DNA of 63,921 nucleotides, the filler included, from Octopus bimaculoides (taxonomy: Eukaryota): the NCBI RefSeq assembly GCF_001194135.2. It is 7 parts of 6 records of this genome, joined end to end, with 100 filler letters (N's around TTAATTAATTAA, not from the genome) between each part and the next. Parts side by side here need not be neighbours in the genome. Positions count along the whole stretch, not along the records: positions 38,658 to 59,300 come from NC_068990.1; 6 more parts are not named here. The stretch is one strand, 5' to 3'. Positions 38,836-51,553 of this stretch are shown piece after piece; positions within the stretch are counted from its first letter, which is position 1; each line of letters opens with the position of its first letter. A program made the translations under genes and the position numbers. Below the pieces are notes generated by a model, which had not been told where the DNA came from, did not search any database, and was given only the letters and a program-made list of their open reading frames with translations.

Positions 38836-40140
38836 AAGAGGCGGCCAGAAGATCGATATCTGACATATATTCCCAGAGAGCTAACCTTAGCAAAAGCATG
38901 AGTAAAAGCAGAAGATCGGAAGCCACATTGAGATTCAGATAGGACATCATTTACGAGACACCCATTCAGACGGGCAAGAAGAATATTTGCCAGAACCTTG
39001 CCAGCAGCTGATAGTAGAGGAATACCTCTGTTGTTACCACACATTGTTCTGGCTCCATTTCCTTTATATAGAGGAAGAATAATTGCATCCTTAGGGATTG
39101 CACCATCCAGTCTATTATTCGTGACCTCCTTTATGCAGATGACTGTGACTTAGTCACTCATACAGTGCAAATACTTATGAATTGCATTTCTTCTTCTTGC
39201 AAGGCATTTGGACTTAGCATTATCCTGGACAAGACTGCTGTAATGTTCCAACCTGTACCAGGAAATCCATATGTGAAACCAGCTATCTTGGTTGAAGGAA
39301 TAATTCTGAAGGTAGTAGACAAATTTGTCTACCTGAGCAGCACACTCAGCCGTTCTTGCTCCCTGGATGAGGAAATATCTTTCAGGTTGCAGAGAGCAAC
39401 TAATTACTTCCGGTCTCTTCATTCTCGTGTCTGGTCCCAGCATAGCATCGCAAGGCAAACAAAAGTTGCTGTGTACCGTGCATGTGTACTGAGATCGCTC
39501 CTCTACTCATGTGAGACATAGACTCTGTACAAACGTCAGGTAAGGGTCCTTGAACGCTTTCATCAGAGATGTCTCAGACACATTCTCAATGTTGGCTGGA
39601 CCTCAAAAATTCCAGACACACAGGTCCTGAGGACAGCTGATATCTTGATTGTTGGGGCAATGGTGCACAAGCAACGGTTACGTTGGACTGGACACCTTAT
39701 TAGAATGAAGGATAGCAGGATTCCTAAGCAGATGCTATATGGGTAACTTGTGAATGGAAGGAGATTCCGGCAGAAACCAAGACTGCGATTTAAGAACTGT
39801 GTTAAGTCCTCATTAAAGTCCTGTGATATGCAGGACACTGAGTGGGAGAACAATGCCTGTCATCGCCACAGATGGAGGAAGCAGGTTAAGGAGGGGATCG
39901 ACACTTGAGAGAGCACGTATCCAGCATGAAGAACTTAGGGGAGCTGCGCGAAAGCGCACGGCTCGTATAGTGAATGGGGAAAGCTTGGTCTGCAATGTTT
40001 GCAGTCGTGTATGCTTGTCAAGAGCAGGGCTCATTAGCCACCAACGGAACCGCAAATGCAAAATATAAGTTAGTCCTAGAGCGCACAATGTTCCTGAAGG
40101 TCGGCAATGGTCTTCCTCGGTCACGAGTGGACGGCCATCA
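38836..40140 (+). mobile_element. 5'-truncated RTE LINE with inverted 5' segment (38836-39112 minus; 39115-40140 plus)
   Basis: Minus part NNRGIPLLSAAGKVLA..ESQCGFRS; plus part LLYADD, KFVYLSS, LLYSCET, LRWTGHLIRM; 3' end TGGACGGCCATCA identical to 53804. Confidence 0.9.
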
Positions 40141-40809
40141 TATANNNNNNNNNNNNNNNNNNNNNNTATATATATATATATATATATATTGGAAGGTTTG
40201 GAGGTGATGTACAGGAATTATATATTAGAAAAAATAATAAGTTACTCAGATATCTGGATGATTGTACATTTACAGATTTTTATTAAAATGTCAAATGTTT
40301 TATAAATATTAGCGCTTGCACCTATTCTTGTAGGTTTTTCAAAGGATGTCTCTTTTTATAGTATTATTGAATGTGTAGGGTGGAGAGAGATATATAGGAT
40401 AGTAAAAGAGGGTGAGGAATGCAGGGAAAAGTGAGAGAGAGTGTGTGTGTTTGTGTGTGTGAGTGTTTTTGTGTTGGGGTGTGTGAAATGCTATATTTTA
40501 TATTTATTTTTGATCCATGCCCATGACAAAATGAACTTACCAATATTTAGATACCTCACGATATGAAATTAACAAAAATGGCACGATATGAAATTAACAA
40601 AACTCGACTAAATCAAAAAGTTCAACATAAAATATTCTCTATAGCTTCTTCACAATCTGCTGGAGTGACTCCTGGTAGAATTCTGGTTTAAGCACACCGT
40701 ATAACCCCTCATAACTTTTTTTATGAATTTGTGTTCTACGATTATGAAACAAAAAAAAACCGAGATGACCACGTTCCTCAAGAATATATCTTTGAGCAAT
40801 GTCCTCAAG

Positions 40810-41096
40810 ATATTCACAACTCACACCAATCTAGCTTTAGAAATAGAAGTAAAGCAAATTCTACAGGGCTTAGTAGCTACATCTGGGAATTAAAGGTTAA
40901 AAAAATGAATTATAGTTTAAAATGGCGCATCCTAGCAATCACCTCGTCTTATAACACTACTAATAAGCGGTGCGATCTCTGTTTAACAGAGCGACTGAAT
41001 ATATTAATGGCTAAACCGCCTCTACTGATTAAAAAACATGAAACTAGTAATTTTTGTCTTCATATAGGCCAATTTGTCTTTTCTAACTTTCGTTAA
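40810..41096 (+). mobile_element. Penelope-like GIY-YIG C-terminal fragment
   Basis: HQSSFRNRSKANSTGLSSYIWELK..LKWRIL..YN..KRCDLCLTE..LL.K..E..C.H. Confidence 0.8.
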
Positions 41097-42039
41097 ACCC
41101 GCTCTATCCCGTACATATCACTATCCTAGCCTCATCCCTACTAGTAGACTTACTCATCAGCGCATTACCTCCCCTTAACCACTTATACCAACCCAAACTT
41201 ACATTATAGATAAATACACAAAATACCTAACACATATTCTACGTTACTCTACTCCAAACTCACATAATAAACCAATAATTATATACCTACTCTACATCCT
41301 ACGCTAGCCTATGTATGCATATAATTCTTTTTTAACCGAGAACAACCTAAGATACACGCAGACTTTCCCTTCCCACCTTCTTTCTCTATGCACTCTTCAT
41401 AACAAAATAGTATTACGGCAATGAGTCTCTCTACACGCTAGATCGGACCGACGCTCATTCCATATTTTACACCAATATATAGCTTCCTATAATACGAACC
41501 ACCTACAACCTTTATTTCAATGAGAAGTAGGTCATTATAATAGCAACGGTTTTCCCTAATTAGAGTTTGCTCCCATACATTGCACCGACAGTGAACCCCC
41601 AGAAGTCACAGGCACGTGCAAGATATGCCACTGGATAGCTATGAGACTACATGTCCAACTAACTTATATTCTTCATTCACCTTACAACGGACTTAACGAA
41701 CTGTGATCCCAACTATAAATTAGGACACTCGAATCTTTGATCTTCTCTTCTCCGATGTAACCATTGATCTTTCACTCTTCTTCAATCTACCTCTGACTTT
41801 TTCGTTCTGACGTCTACCATTGGCAACAAGGCAAAAAGATAAATATATATTTTCTTCACCGTGGTAAACAGAATCGATAGTAAACAACTTCACTCTCACT
41901 CTTACCTTTATTTACTAATTAAATAATGGCTTACTAGCGCAAAAGACACACTTCTGTTTGTTATTTTTCCTCCATTTTCTTCTCCTCTCTCTCTCTCTCT
42001 CTCTCTCTCACTTTATATATATATATTCATTTATTCTTT

Positions 42040-42199
42040 TACTTGTTTCAGTCATTTGACTGCGGCCATGCTGTAGCACCGCCTTTAGTCGAGCAAATCG
42101 ACCCCAGGACTTATCCTTTGTAAGCCTAGTACTTATTCTATCGGTCTCGTTTGCCGAATCGCTAAGTTACGGGGACGTAAACACACCAGCATCGATTGT
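42040..42199 (-). mobile_element. SINE 3' part
   Basis: TTTTACTTGTTTCAGTCATTTGACTGCGGCCATGCTG..ACACACCAGCATCG is the reverse complement of the 17352 family. Confidence 0.8.
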
Positions 42200-42490
42200 N
42201 NNNNNNNNNNNNNNNNNNNNNNNNNNNNNNNNNNNNNNNNNNNNNNNNNNNNNNNNNNNNNNNNNNNNNNNNNNNNNNNNNNNNNNNNNNNNNNNNNNNN
42301 NNNNNNNNNNNNNNNNNNNNNNNNNNNNNNNNNNNNNNNNNNNNNNNNNNNNNNNNNNNNNNNNNNNNNNNNNNNNNNNNNNNNNNNNNNNNNNNNNNNN
42401 NNNNNNNNNNNNNNNNNNNNNNNNNNNNNNNNNNNNNNNNNNNNNNNNNNNNNNNNNNNNNNNNNNNNNNNNNNNNNNNNNNNNNNNNNN

Positions 42491-42523
<33 letters not shown>

Positions 42524-43729
42524 AATAAATACAAACATACATATATATGTAGAGAGAATTCACAAAAAAACAAAAGACGAAGACAGGTGGTGTAGACAAC
42601 AAACAGATGTATTAGTTTAACGCTCGGGAAGTGAAAAAGTCTTTAACGTTTCGAGCCTACGCTCTTCCACAGAAAATAACACAGAAAGAAAGAAGTCGAG
42701 AAAATAAAGAAAATAAAGAAAAAGTATATATATATACGTATATATATGTGTGTAAATTAAAGCATATATAATCATCCAACATTCTGAATACCTTGTTAGA
42801 AACTATTTCAAGGTCACAGTTGTTTTTACTTGAAAAATATTATTAAAGTGGGGGCGAGGATACATTGCCGATATATAATCCTGATCACCACCACAATGAT
42901 CGTTAAGGTTGTGCCTGTTATTTATTATAGTAGTAGTAGTGGGGCAGTGCTCAGTTGTTTTAGTCTGTAATATGTTCTCGTGTGCAACCATGCTGTTTGT
43001 AGTGACTCTTTGCGTGGTAAAAGCTCAGTCGAAAATAACTAAAATCTTTAATAAAAAGCTTCCCCAGTCAATTCATCTGAAAATTAATCAGCTCTTTAAT
43101 ACGGTTGATAGTTGCAACAAGGATATCCTGAGGTAATGCAGTACGATCGTTTCATGCAACCCCATTTAATTGAACAATGCAATCATTACATCAATTTAAA
43201 ATGCAGAGCAATCCTCAGCTGCCCAAAGACATAGAATTAGATTAGAACAGATGGACACATTGGAATAAGTATACCTAAAATCGCCAAGAAGTTAAGGAGA
43301 TAGACAAAGAACATGTTACCTCTACTACAACGTAGATGTTACTAAATTATCAAAAGGACTCTGCCTGTCACCGATTTTATTTGTTTTTATGGAGTCAGTT
43401 TTAATTTATAGACTAGTTTATCAGATCCTTGTATATCTAAGGCTGAGAGAATAAAGGCAGTATCTGTTAGGGGCAGGGCTGAGAGAGAAGACAGAAATCA
43501 TAGTTGGTATTGTCATAAAAGTCAAGATTTATTAGAAGCAATATCATGAGGTTTGGTAAAGGAAAACTTAAAACAAGATGTTAGCTGACAACCAAGGGGG
43601 GGGGCAACTAGCAGACCATTGTTTATGAAACAGAGGAAGTCTTATCATGTAGTACTATAGTTAAATGTTTTAAACAATGTTGCTATATTGTATACATTTA
43701 AAGTTTATGGCTATTCTGAGGATTATTAA

Positions 43730-45560
43730 GAAAAATATATTAACAAAAGGATAGAAATTTATGAATACTTTTGAGTATATACCAAACTTTTACCACAATA
43801 GAGGGAGGAAACGAAATTATCCAGAAATAGTTTAATATTTATACATATTGTACACTTAAATACTAACTCATCAGATGGTATCTGTGAATATTGATTAATT
43901 GGTATATACTGGTATTAATAAAAGAGTATTGAGGTAAAAGAACATTCTAATAATATATTAATAAAATTATAATCTAAGCAGTTTTTTTTTATAAGTAGTG
44001 AATATACCAGTATAGTTTTATATAAGCAAAGTATGAATTTATAGAGATACAAAGATTAGCTTAGTTTTATGAATAAATAAAGGCTAATTATAAATTAATA
44101 AAGAAATGAAATAAAATAATCATGTAGGGCAGAACACCATAGAAAAAGAATAAGATAGCTTAATTATTAATACTATGGTAAAGTATATGTAGCTTATTAA
44201 CATCAATAGAGAAGATTCATAGAAAAAGTATAACAATTCAAAATATTTTAGACTATAAATTATATATTAACTTATTTAGCTAATATCAATAAAAGACTGA
44301 TGTCTGGTATCAGCTAAAGGAATATTTAAGTTATGGAACATTCATATTTTGCACTAATCTTTCTATAACTAAGGGTGATATTATAAGTTTAAGAAGTGTT
44401 TATTGTTACTCCTTACATGATATTTATAGTTTCTTAGTGGTACTTGTTTAGAAGTGTTATTTATATAAAGGCCCTTATAAAATACCAAGATCAGGAGGGT
44501 AGAGCCATTTAAGAAAGAGATAAATCAAGTAATTTCTAAAGATCATTTCAAACAATATTGTCTTATTGTATGAAGTTAAAACTCAGGGTAATCAAGAAGA
44601 TTATTAAGAATGAAATTTTAACAAAAGGATAAAACTTCTATGAATCTTTTGTCTATATACCAATTTTTTTACCACAATAGAGGGAGGAAAAGAAAATTGC
44701 AAAAAAAATAGTTTAATATTTATTTACTTATTACTTATCTAAATATTAACTTATTATATAGTTCCTATAGAGATTGATCAATTGGATTTACCTGGTATTT
44801 AATAATGGACCAACTGAGGTTAAAGAATTGTCTACTGATTTAAGTAAATTGAACTATTGTAAGTTGTCCAGATACCGGTATTACCTTATATAAGCTAAGC
44901 ATGAAACAACAGAGATACAAGGATTAGATTTATTTCAGGCTACTATAAAATAAAAATAACAATAACAACAATAATAAAATGATCAGTTAGAGTTGAGCAT
45001 CATAGAAAAGGAATAAAGACAGCCTAATCGCTAAAACCATAATAAAATATCCATACCTTATTAACTTCAATAGCAAATATTATAGAAAATGTATAATAAT
45101 TTAAGTAAAACAATGTCATTACTGTATAAAGTTAAAATTTAGGGTTATCAGGAAGATTTATCATTGAGGTAAGAGACCAAATTTACTATAAATTAATTAA
45201 ATTATAATCTAAGCAGTTTAATTTTAAGTTATGAAGATACCTATATTGTTTATTATAAGCTAAGTATGAATTTATAGGGGTATAAAAATTTAGGTTTTTC
45301 TAGAGGCAATTATAAAGTATTAAAATGGTCAGTAGGGTGGAAACACCATAGAAAATGATATAAAATAGCCTAATCACTAAAATCATGATGAAGTATATAT
45401 ACAGCTTAGTAACTTCAATAGAGAAGATTTATAGAAAATATGTAATAATTCAAGTATTTAAAACTAACATTTTTTATTTACTTAATCAGCTTGTATCTAT
45501 TATGACTGATACCCAATATTAACTAAAGGAAAATTAATGCTATAGGACATGCTACCTATG
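43730..45560. repeat. Degenerate triplicated ~350-400-bp AT-rich unit inside a larger ~880-bp duplication
   Basis: ATAGAGGGAGGAAA at ~43799 and ~44678; CATAGAAAA at ~44137, 45001 and 45347; TAAC(T/A)TCAATAG at ~44197, 45062 and 45411. Confidence 0.65.
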
Positions 45561-45679
45561 CACTGATTTTAAACTAAGAGGTACATTGTAGGTTTTAAAT
45601 CACAAGATCAATAAAGTAGTGCGGGTGGCACTATGTACACATGATACCCTAAGGTCTAATCTATTATTAATCAGGTTGC

Positions 45680-45971
45680 CATTTTCTTTATGCTTAAAAT
45701 TTCATGTTTCCATAGAACAAAGCTCACACCCATATCTGCTATTTCTATAAGGCTGAGCTTTTCTTATTATTTCCCATTTGAGGCTAAACCCAATTCCACT
45801 TTTTTTCAATTCCCAAATCTTACTGGATAATGACGTACAATTCGCCTTATGCCTAAGTTTAAAAGACGACACGTGATTGTATATACGCTGTTTCAAATTA
45901 ATCGAACAACCGGGTAAGACATCGGCCTAATAACGGACAGCGGGATTTAACTCTACAATTGCAACAAGGAG

Positions 45972-46011
<40 letters not shown>

Positions 46012-46790
46012 TTTATTGTCAATATTGTCGCTATTAATAATTCTATTATCAAGTATGTTATGTTTACATCTGTTATTTTCTAACTTCGCTTCAATCGTAT
46101 AATCATATAAAATCCCCTCTGAATCATCAGGCATACTAATAGATTCCATGCTCGTATATGTACTGGAACTACAATCCATAATATCGTTATCTTGTAACCT
46201 CATATCTTGTAACCTCACATATCTTGTAACCTCACGTTCCATTTACCCCATCCTCATCAATTCTACTATTTTCATGTTGGGTGTTTAAGTTACAGTTGAC
46301 GGTACTATGATTATTATTGTTAATATAATTATTATTATTTCAGGACTGAAAAAAGTAATTTCCTGGTCATATCCCGCTTTAGACAAAGCAACATTATAGT
46401 GGTATAAATGGGAATTAAAAATATCACTGTTTGATGATAATTTAGTATTTCTCCTACAAATACTTTTAACTACCGATTTTAATATATTAGGGGGGTGATT
46501 TGATAATTTATTCACATATCTTGTAACCTCACCTTCCTTCTTATAGGGGTAGTATAATTTAGAGTTAATGTTTAAAGTAGTATCCAAAAAATTTACTACT
46601 TTAGTGCCATATTCATACGTAATACTTAAGTTAAAGTTTTTGAAAAATTTACTAATTCTCTTTCTATGATTGATTCATTGTTGCTTGGGATGATGAATAG
46701 AGCATCATCCCTATATAGACCTCCTGTAGTTCAGGGATTTTAGGCAGCTTAAAAGGTACGCACCCACTAGATTTCTGATTTAAGTACCAT
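45680..46790 (-). mobile_element. Penelope-like element (RT end, Cys linker, GIY-YIG C-terminus), rearranged and pseudogenised
   Basis: GGLYRDDALFII (~46690-46730); YYPYKK..YVNKLSNHPPNILK; CNCRVKSRCPLLGRCL; KQRIYNHVSSF..LSSKIWELK..LKWEII..CELCSME. Confidence 0.9.
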
Positions 46791-46850
46791 ATTCATCTGA
46801 ATCAAATATACACACAGACACAGACACAGACACACACACACACACATACA

Positions 46851-46934
<84 letters not shown>

Positions 46935-48467
46935 TATATATATATATATATATATATATGCATATATGTATGTGTGTGTGTGTGTGTTGAAGCAATTATA
47001 GGAATAAGCAAATTAAATACATCAAATACATAATATGTATATATGCAGACATGCAAACGAGAGAAAGCAAAAGGTGGAAACTTTCAGATGATGAATGATG
47101 AATTTATATGTATAAATACATATATATTTATATAGGTTCAACTTACAGAGATTACAAACGAGAGATGAATTTAAAGTGGGTAGAAGAAAGGTATTATAAA
47201 TCCAACAGCTATTTCTGGTGACTCGGTGATCCATAATAATGTTGGTAGATTAAGTCCGTCACAATTTGCGGCCGTATGGATGCATTTAACATAGGACAAG
47301 ACCTTATTTTGTTCATATATATATANNNNNNNNNNNNNNNNNNNNNNNNNNNNNNNNNNNNNNNNNNNNNNNNNNNNNNNNNNNNNNNNNNNNNTATATA
47401 TTCATGTGTGTATATGTGAATGCGCGTACGTGTGTGTTTGTATGCGATAATATAATCCATTACTAATAATATACTTTACTACTCCATATATTTTTCTGGC
47501 GTTTAGTTTTCTTTTCTTACTATTTTGTCTCATAATTTATCCCTTCTTTCTTTCATAATCTGTGTATTCATTCCTTAGGTAATCTTATAGTTATATTTCT
47601 TTTTCTTTGTTTTGTACTCTTTGCTCTTAGTATCAAATACTAAGTTATTCTTCTTTTGTATCATCATGTCAACTCACCATTGCTCTTTGCTTTTCATTCT
47701 TTCCTTCATCTTGTTTTGTTTTTGTTGACTCTATAACGTTTTATCTTTCTATAGATATTTCAATTTTTATCCCCTATACTTCCTTCTTTTTTGCTTCCAT
47801 TTGCTTTATCATTCTTTTGTTTACTGTTCATTCTTTTATGTATATGTCATAAAATCCGTCATCCTTTAAATCATTTCTTGTACTCTGAATACTTTAAGTC
47901 TCTCGTGCATCGCTTTACCAGCTGCACAACGAAGACAACTTTAATAAAGACAAAATCAGGCAGTAAATGTTTGCAGTATAATGGATTTTTAGACAGTAAG
48001 TAGTAGGGAAACATTAGTCTGCTGGCTGCATTATCATAGGTTTGTGCATTTAGGTTTCTGTCAATTATAATTCAAGGTTTCGTAAAAACTTCTGAAGCTT
48101 CTTTGTGTATATATTTTTCAAACGAATGTTTATAGCTAAACTCTCCGTTATTCATTCGGGAATAATAAAAATGATGGAAAACGATTGAAATTTACAAATT
48201 CAACCGGCGTTAACTCCCTATCAAAGATGTTTCTATAATCAAACACCAGAGTACACGCAAAAGAAGCAAAAAACACCCACCTTCTGTATAAGTGAATGCC
48301 ATTCATTCAAAACTTTCCTTTATCAGAGACTGGAAAATCTATATCAAACGGAACATTTCAAATGTCGTTGCATTGGAAAATTTATGAACGTCTATATGAA
48401 ACTTAGAGTTTGGAGGAATTGCTTCCTTAACAAATATCAACTGTTGATGCAACTACTCAAAAATAAT

Positions 48468-48577
48468 TCTTCTTCTTCTTCTTCTTCTTCTTCTTCTTCT
48501 TCTTCTTCTTCTTCTTCTTCTTCTTCTTCTTCTTCTTCTTCTTCTTCTTCTTCTTCTTCTTCTTCTTCTTCTTCTTC
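48468..48577. repeat. (TTC)n microsatellite, about 36 units
   Basis: Directly visible. Confidence 0.95.
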
Positions 48578-50659
48578 CTTCTCCTCACTAATCATACTTT
48601 TATTTACTGTCTGTTTCCTCCCGATATAAGCAAAAAAAAAAACAATGTCTTGAAGACGCACAATGTAAGAGCATACCTTTGATGCAAGTCTGATAAAGTG
48701 CCACCCTAATGTCTAAAACTGCAAATATTACGTAAAATTTCACTTCTAATTTTGCGAAAACTGGCGTTACAAACAGATTTGGTTTAGAAACAGTTGCAAC
48801 TCATCTTTTTTTATTATATATGTAGTTGTATGTATATATGACAGCTTTTCGAACAGTTCCTCTCAGTCAAATTCAATCCTTATAGAACAGAACAACTATT
48901 CAGCGTGCCTGCATTGGGGCAGAATCCCAAACCCTGTGGTTACGGAGCAGACACAGACATGCACACACACACACACACAAAACCAAGCATACACGTACAC
49001 ACTAACACACACTCATACAAGGATAAGCAAGCTTTTGCTTTCACTTTCATCCTTAGCAAGTTCTCTCAGTCCAAAGGAAAACATTATTCTGAGAGTCCTT
49101 TTTTGGGGATGAAATGAAATGGTTTAGTACGAGAACATTCCTGAAGACAATACTGAGAATTGTTCGAGTAATTATTGCAAACTTTGCTTAAGTTGTTTTC
49201 TCAACAAAACACTTCATTTTGTTTGGACCCAACTTGTATCATTGTTGTAAACTTCAATGTTCCACCAGAGGTTTGTTACTACAACTTTGATATTTTGGGA
49301 GACATCTATCAGAACTAGAAACTAAACTACATACAGACATACAACTCTCTCTCTCTCTCTCTCTCTCTCTCNNNNNNNNNNNNNNNNNNNNNNNNNNNNN
49401 NNNNNNNNNNNNNNNNNNNNNNNNNNNNNNNNNNNNNNNNNNNNNNNNNNNNNNNNNNNNNNNNNNNNNNNNNNNNNNNNNNNNNNNNNNNNNNNNNNNN
49501 NNNNNNNNNNNNNNNNNNNNNNNNNNNNNNNNNNNNNNNNNNNNNNNNNNNNNNNNNNNNNNNNNNNNNNNNNNNNNNNNNNNNNNNNNNNNNNNNNNNN
49601 NNNNNNNNNNNNNNNNNNNNNNNNNNNNNNNNNNNNNNNNNNNNNNNNNNNNNNNNNNNNNNNNNNNNNNNNNNNNNNNNNNNNNNNNNNNNNNNNNNNN
49701 NNNNNNNNNNNNNNNNNNNNNNNNNNNNNNNNNNNNNNNNNNNNNNNNNNNNNNNNNNNNNNNNNNNNNNNNNNNNNNNNNNNNNNNNNNNNNNNNNNNN
49801 NNNNNNNNNNNNNNNNNNNNNNNNNNNNNNNNNNNNNNNNNNNNNNNNNNNNNNNNNNNNNNNNNNNNNNNNNNNNNNNNNNNNNNNNNNNNNNNNNNNN
49901 NNNNNNNNNNNNNNNNNNNNNNNNNNNNNNNNNNNNNNNNNNNNNNNNNNNNNNNNNNNNNNNNNNNNNNNNNNNNNNNNNNNNNNNNNNNNNNNNNNNN
50001 NNNNNNNNNNNNNNNNNNNNNNNNNNNNNNNNNNNNNNNNNNNNNNNNNNNNNNNNNNTCTATCTTTAAACTCTGCCTATGAAGAGACTTATGTAAATAA
50101 GGGAATTGCTTATAAAGACGATTTAGGCTCGATTCTCGTTGAGTGATCTAGAAATAGTAAAGTTTCTATTCAAACTGAAATAATTCAAGTTAATCTTTCA
50201 GGAAGGTCACAACTTTCGTTTCGTTATTCTGGTTGTTGCTGGTTGTTAGCTGCAGCAGTTGCAGGCGTGGCTGTCAGTGAAAGAAGCGGAAGACATGGCT
50301 ACCCGTTTTAATATAACATAAGAATCAGAGATCCGTTTCAAGTAAAGTCAACACCACCTAATAAAAAAAAAAAAATAGCTTCTTCATGCACCTGAAAACC
50401 TAAACTATGAAATTATGCATATAATTTCATAGGATGTAGAGAAAATTGCATCAGCCAAACAAGTTGTTCTACAGTAAAGCATGATTTTGCATTGATCAAA
50501 AATAAAAATACTGAAATACAAATAGACCATCTGCAAGTAAGAAGCAACATATTTTTACGATTTTCCCTTTGTATCACTTTAGCGATTACACACTTCAGCA
50601 GCAACGCATCAACAAAGAAACAGCCGTTATAACCAATTTCAATTACCTTTAAATTGCAG

Positions 50660-51130
50660 TCGTAAAGAAAGAGTGACGACTATTGCAACCATTGCTAAAT
50701 TTCTCACCAACAAAGTTTTCAGACAAATTTTTCGGACTGCTGTACTCTTGGCTCCCCAGGCCACATTCCTTGCACTCTCCTCCCTGCCATACTGCACCAT
50801 CACAAACATAGACCAGTAGGAAGTCTACTGGAAATTCAAAACAACTGTATTTCACAAAACTTAATCGAGTTAGCCATTATTTTGCTGTTTTTACAATATA
50901 AAAGAGTAAATTTATATTATATGTAACTACATAGTAACGCAAAGTAGCAGTCAGAAATGTCGTTTTACAACAAAAAATCCTGATATGATTTCTTGAACTT
51001 TGACCTGAGCTCAATATCAATTTGGATTGAAACTAGTTTTTCCTTCACTGATATTATTTCCCCATTGCTGATATTTGGGAATCACCTAGACTGGTATTTT
51101 AAGCAAAAATAAATATGAATTTTGTCACAC
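50660..51130 (-). mobile_element. Possible decayed piggyBac-like transposase fragment
   Basis: ISVKEKLVS..RSKFKK (compare ITVDEQLV..RCPFKQ) and ECGLG..SFFTT (compare GLG..DNFFTS); weak. Confidence 0.3.
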
Positions 51131-51553
51131 ATGTCTCTGCAGCTCGTCTAGCAACTGATACATCGAATGCCAATCCTGTTGGAGCTGTTGTCTATCACTG
51201 ACAGTCAAACCTGTTACAACTGCTGCTATTACCAACTAGCAACGATTAGAAGGGAACGAAACACAAGCACCATGTGACTTTTGTAAGAAAAATATATGAA
51301 CTTCCAGAAATGATGAGAGGTTAATTTAATATATTTCCATTTAATTATTTTGTGAATAAAATGTCATTTTAAAGAGACTGAAGACGGTAATATTTTCTTA
51401 CTTTTACCCATGATAAAGCCCCAAAGCAACTTCTTTTTTTATATATATGTGTGTGTGTGTTTGTGTGTCTGTATGTATGTTTGCATGTATTTATGTATGT
51501 ATGTATGTATGCATACTCATCAAGCCGAGGATACCTTAATTATTAGAGTAGCA

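Noticed and set aside
41090-41165. Minus-strand CTGATGA...GAAA pair
   Set aside because: No stem II or III pairing, and the wrong strand relative to the adjacent PLE ORF.
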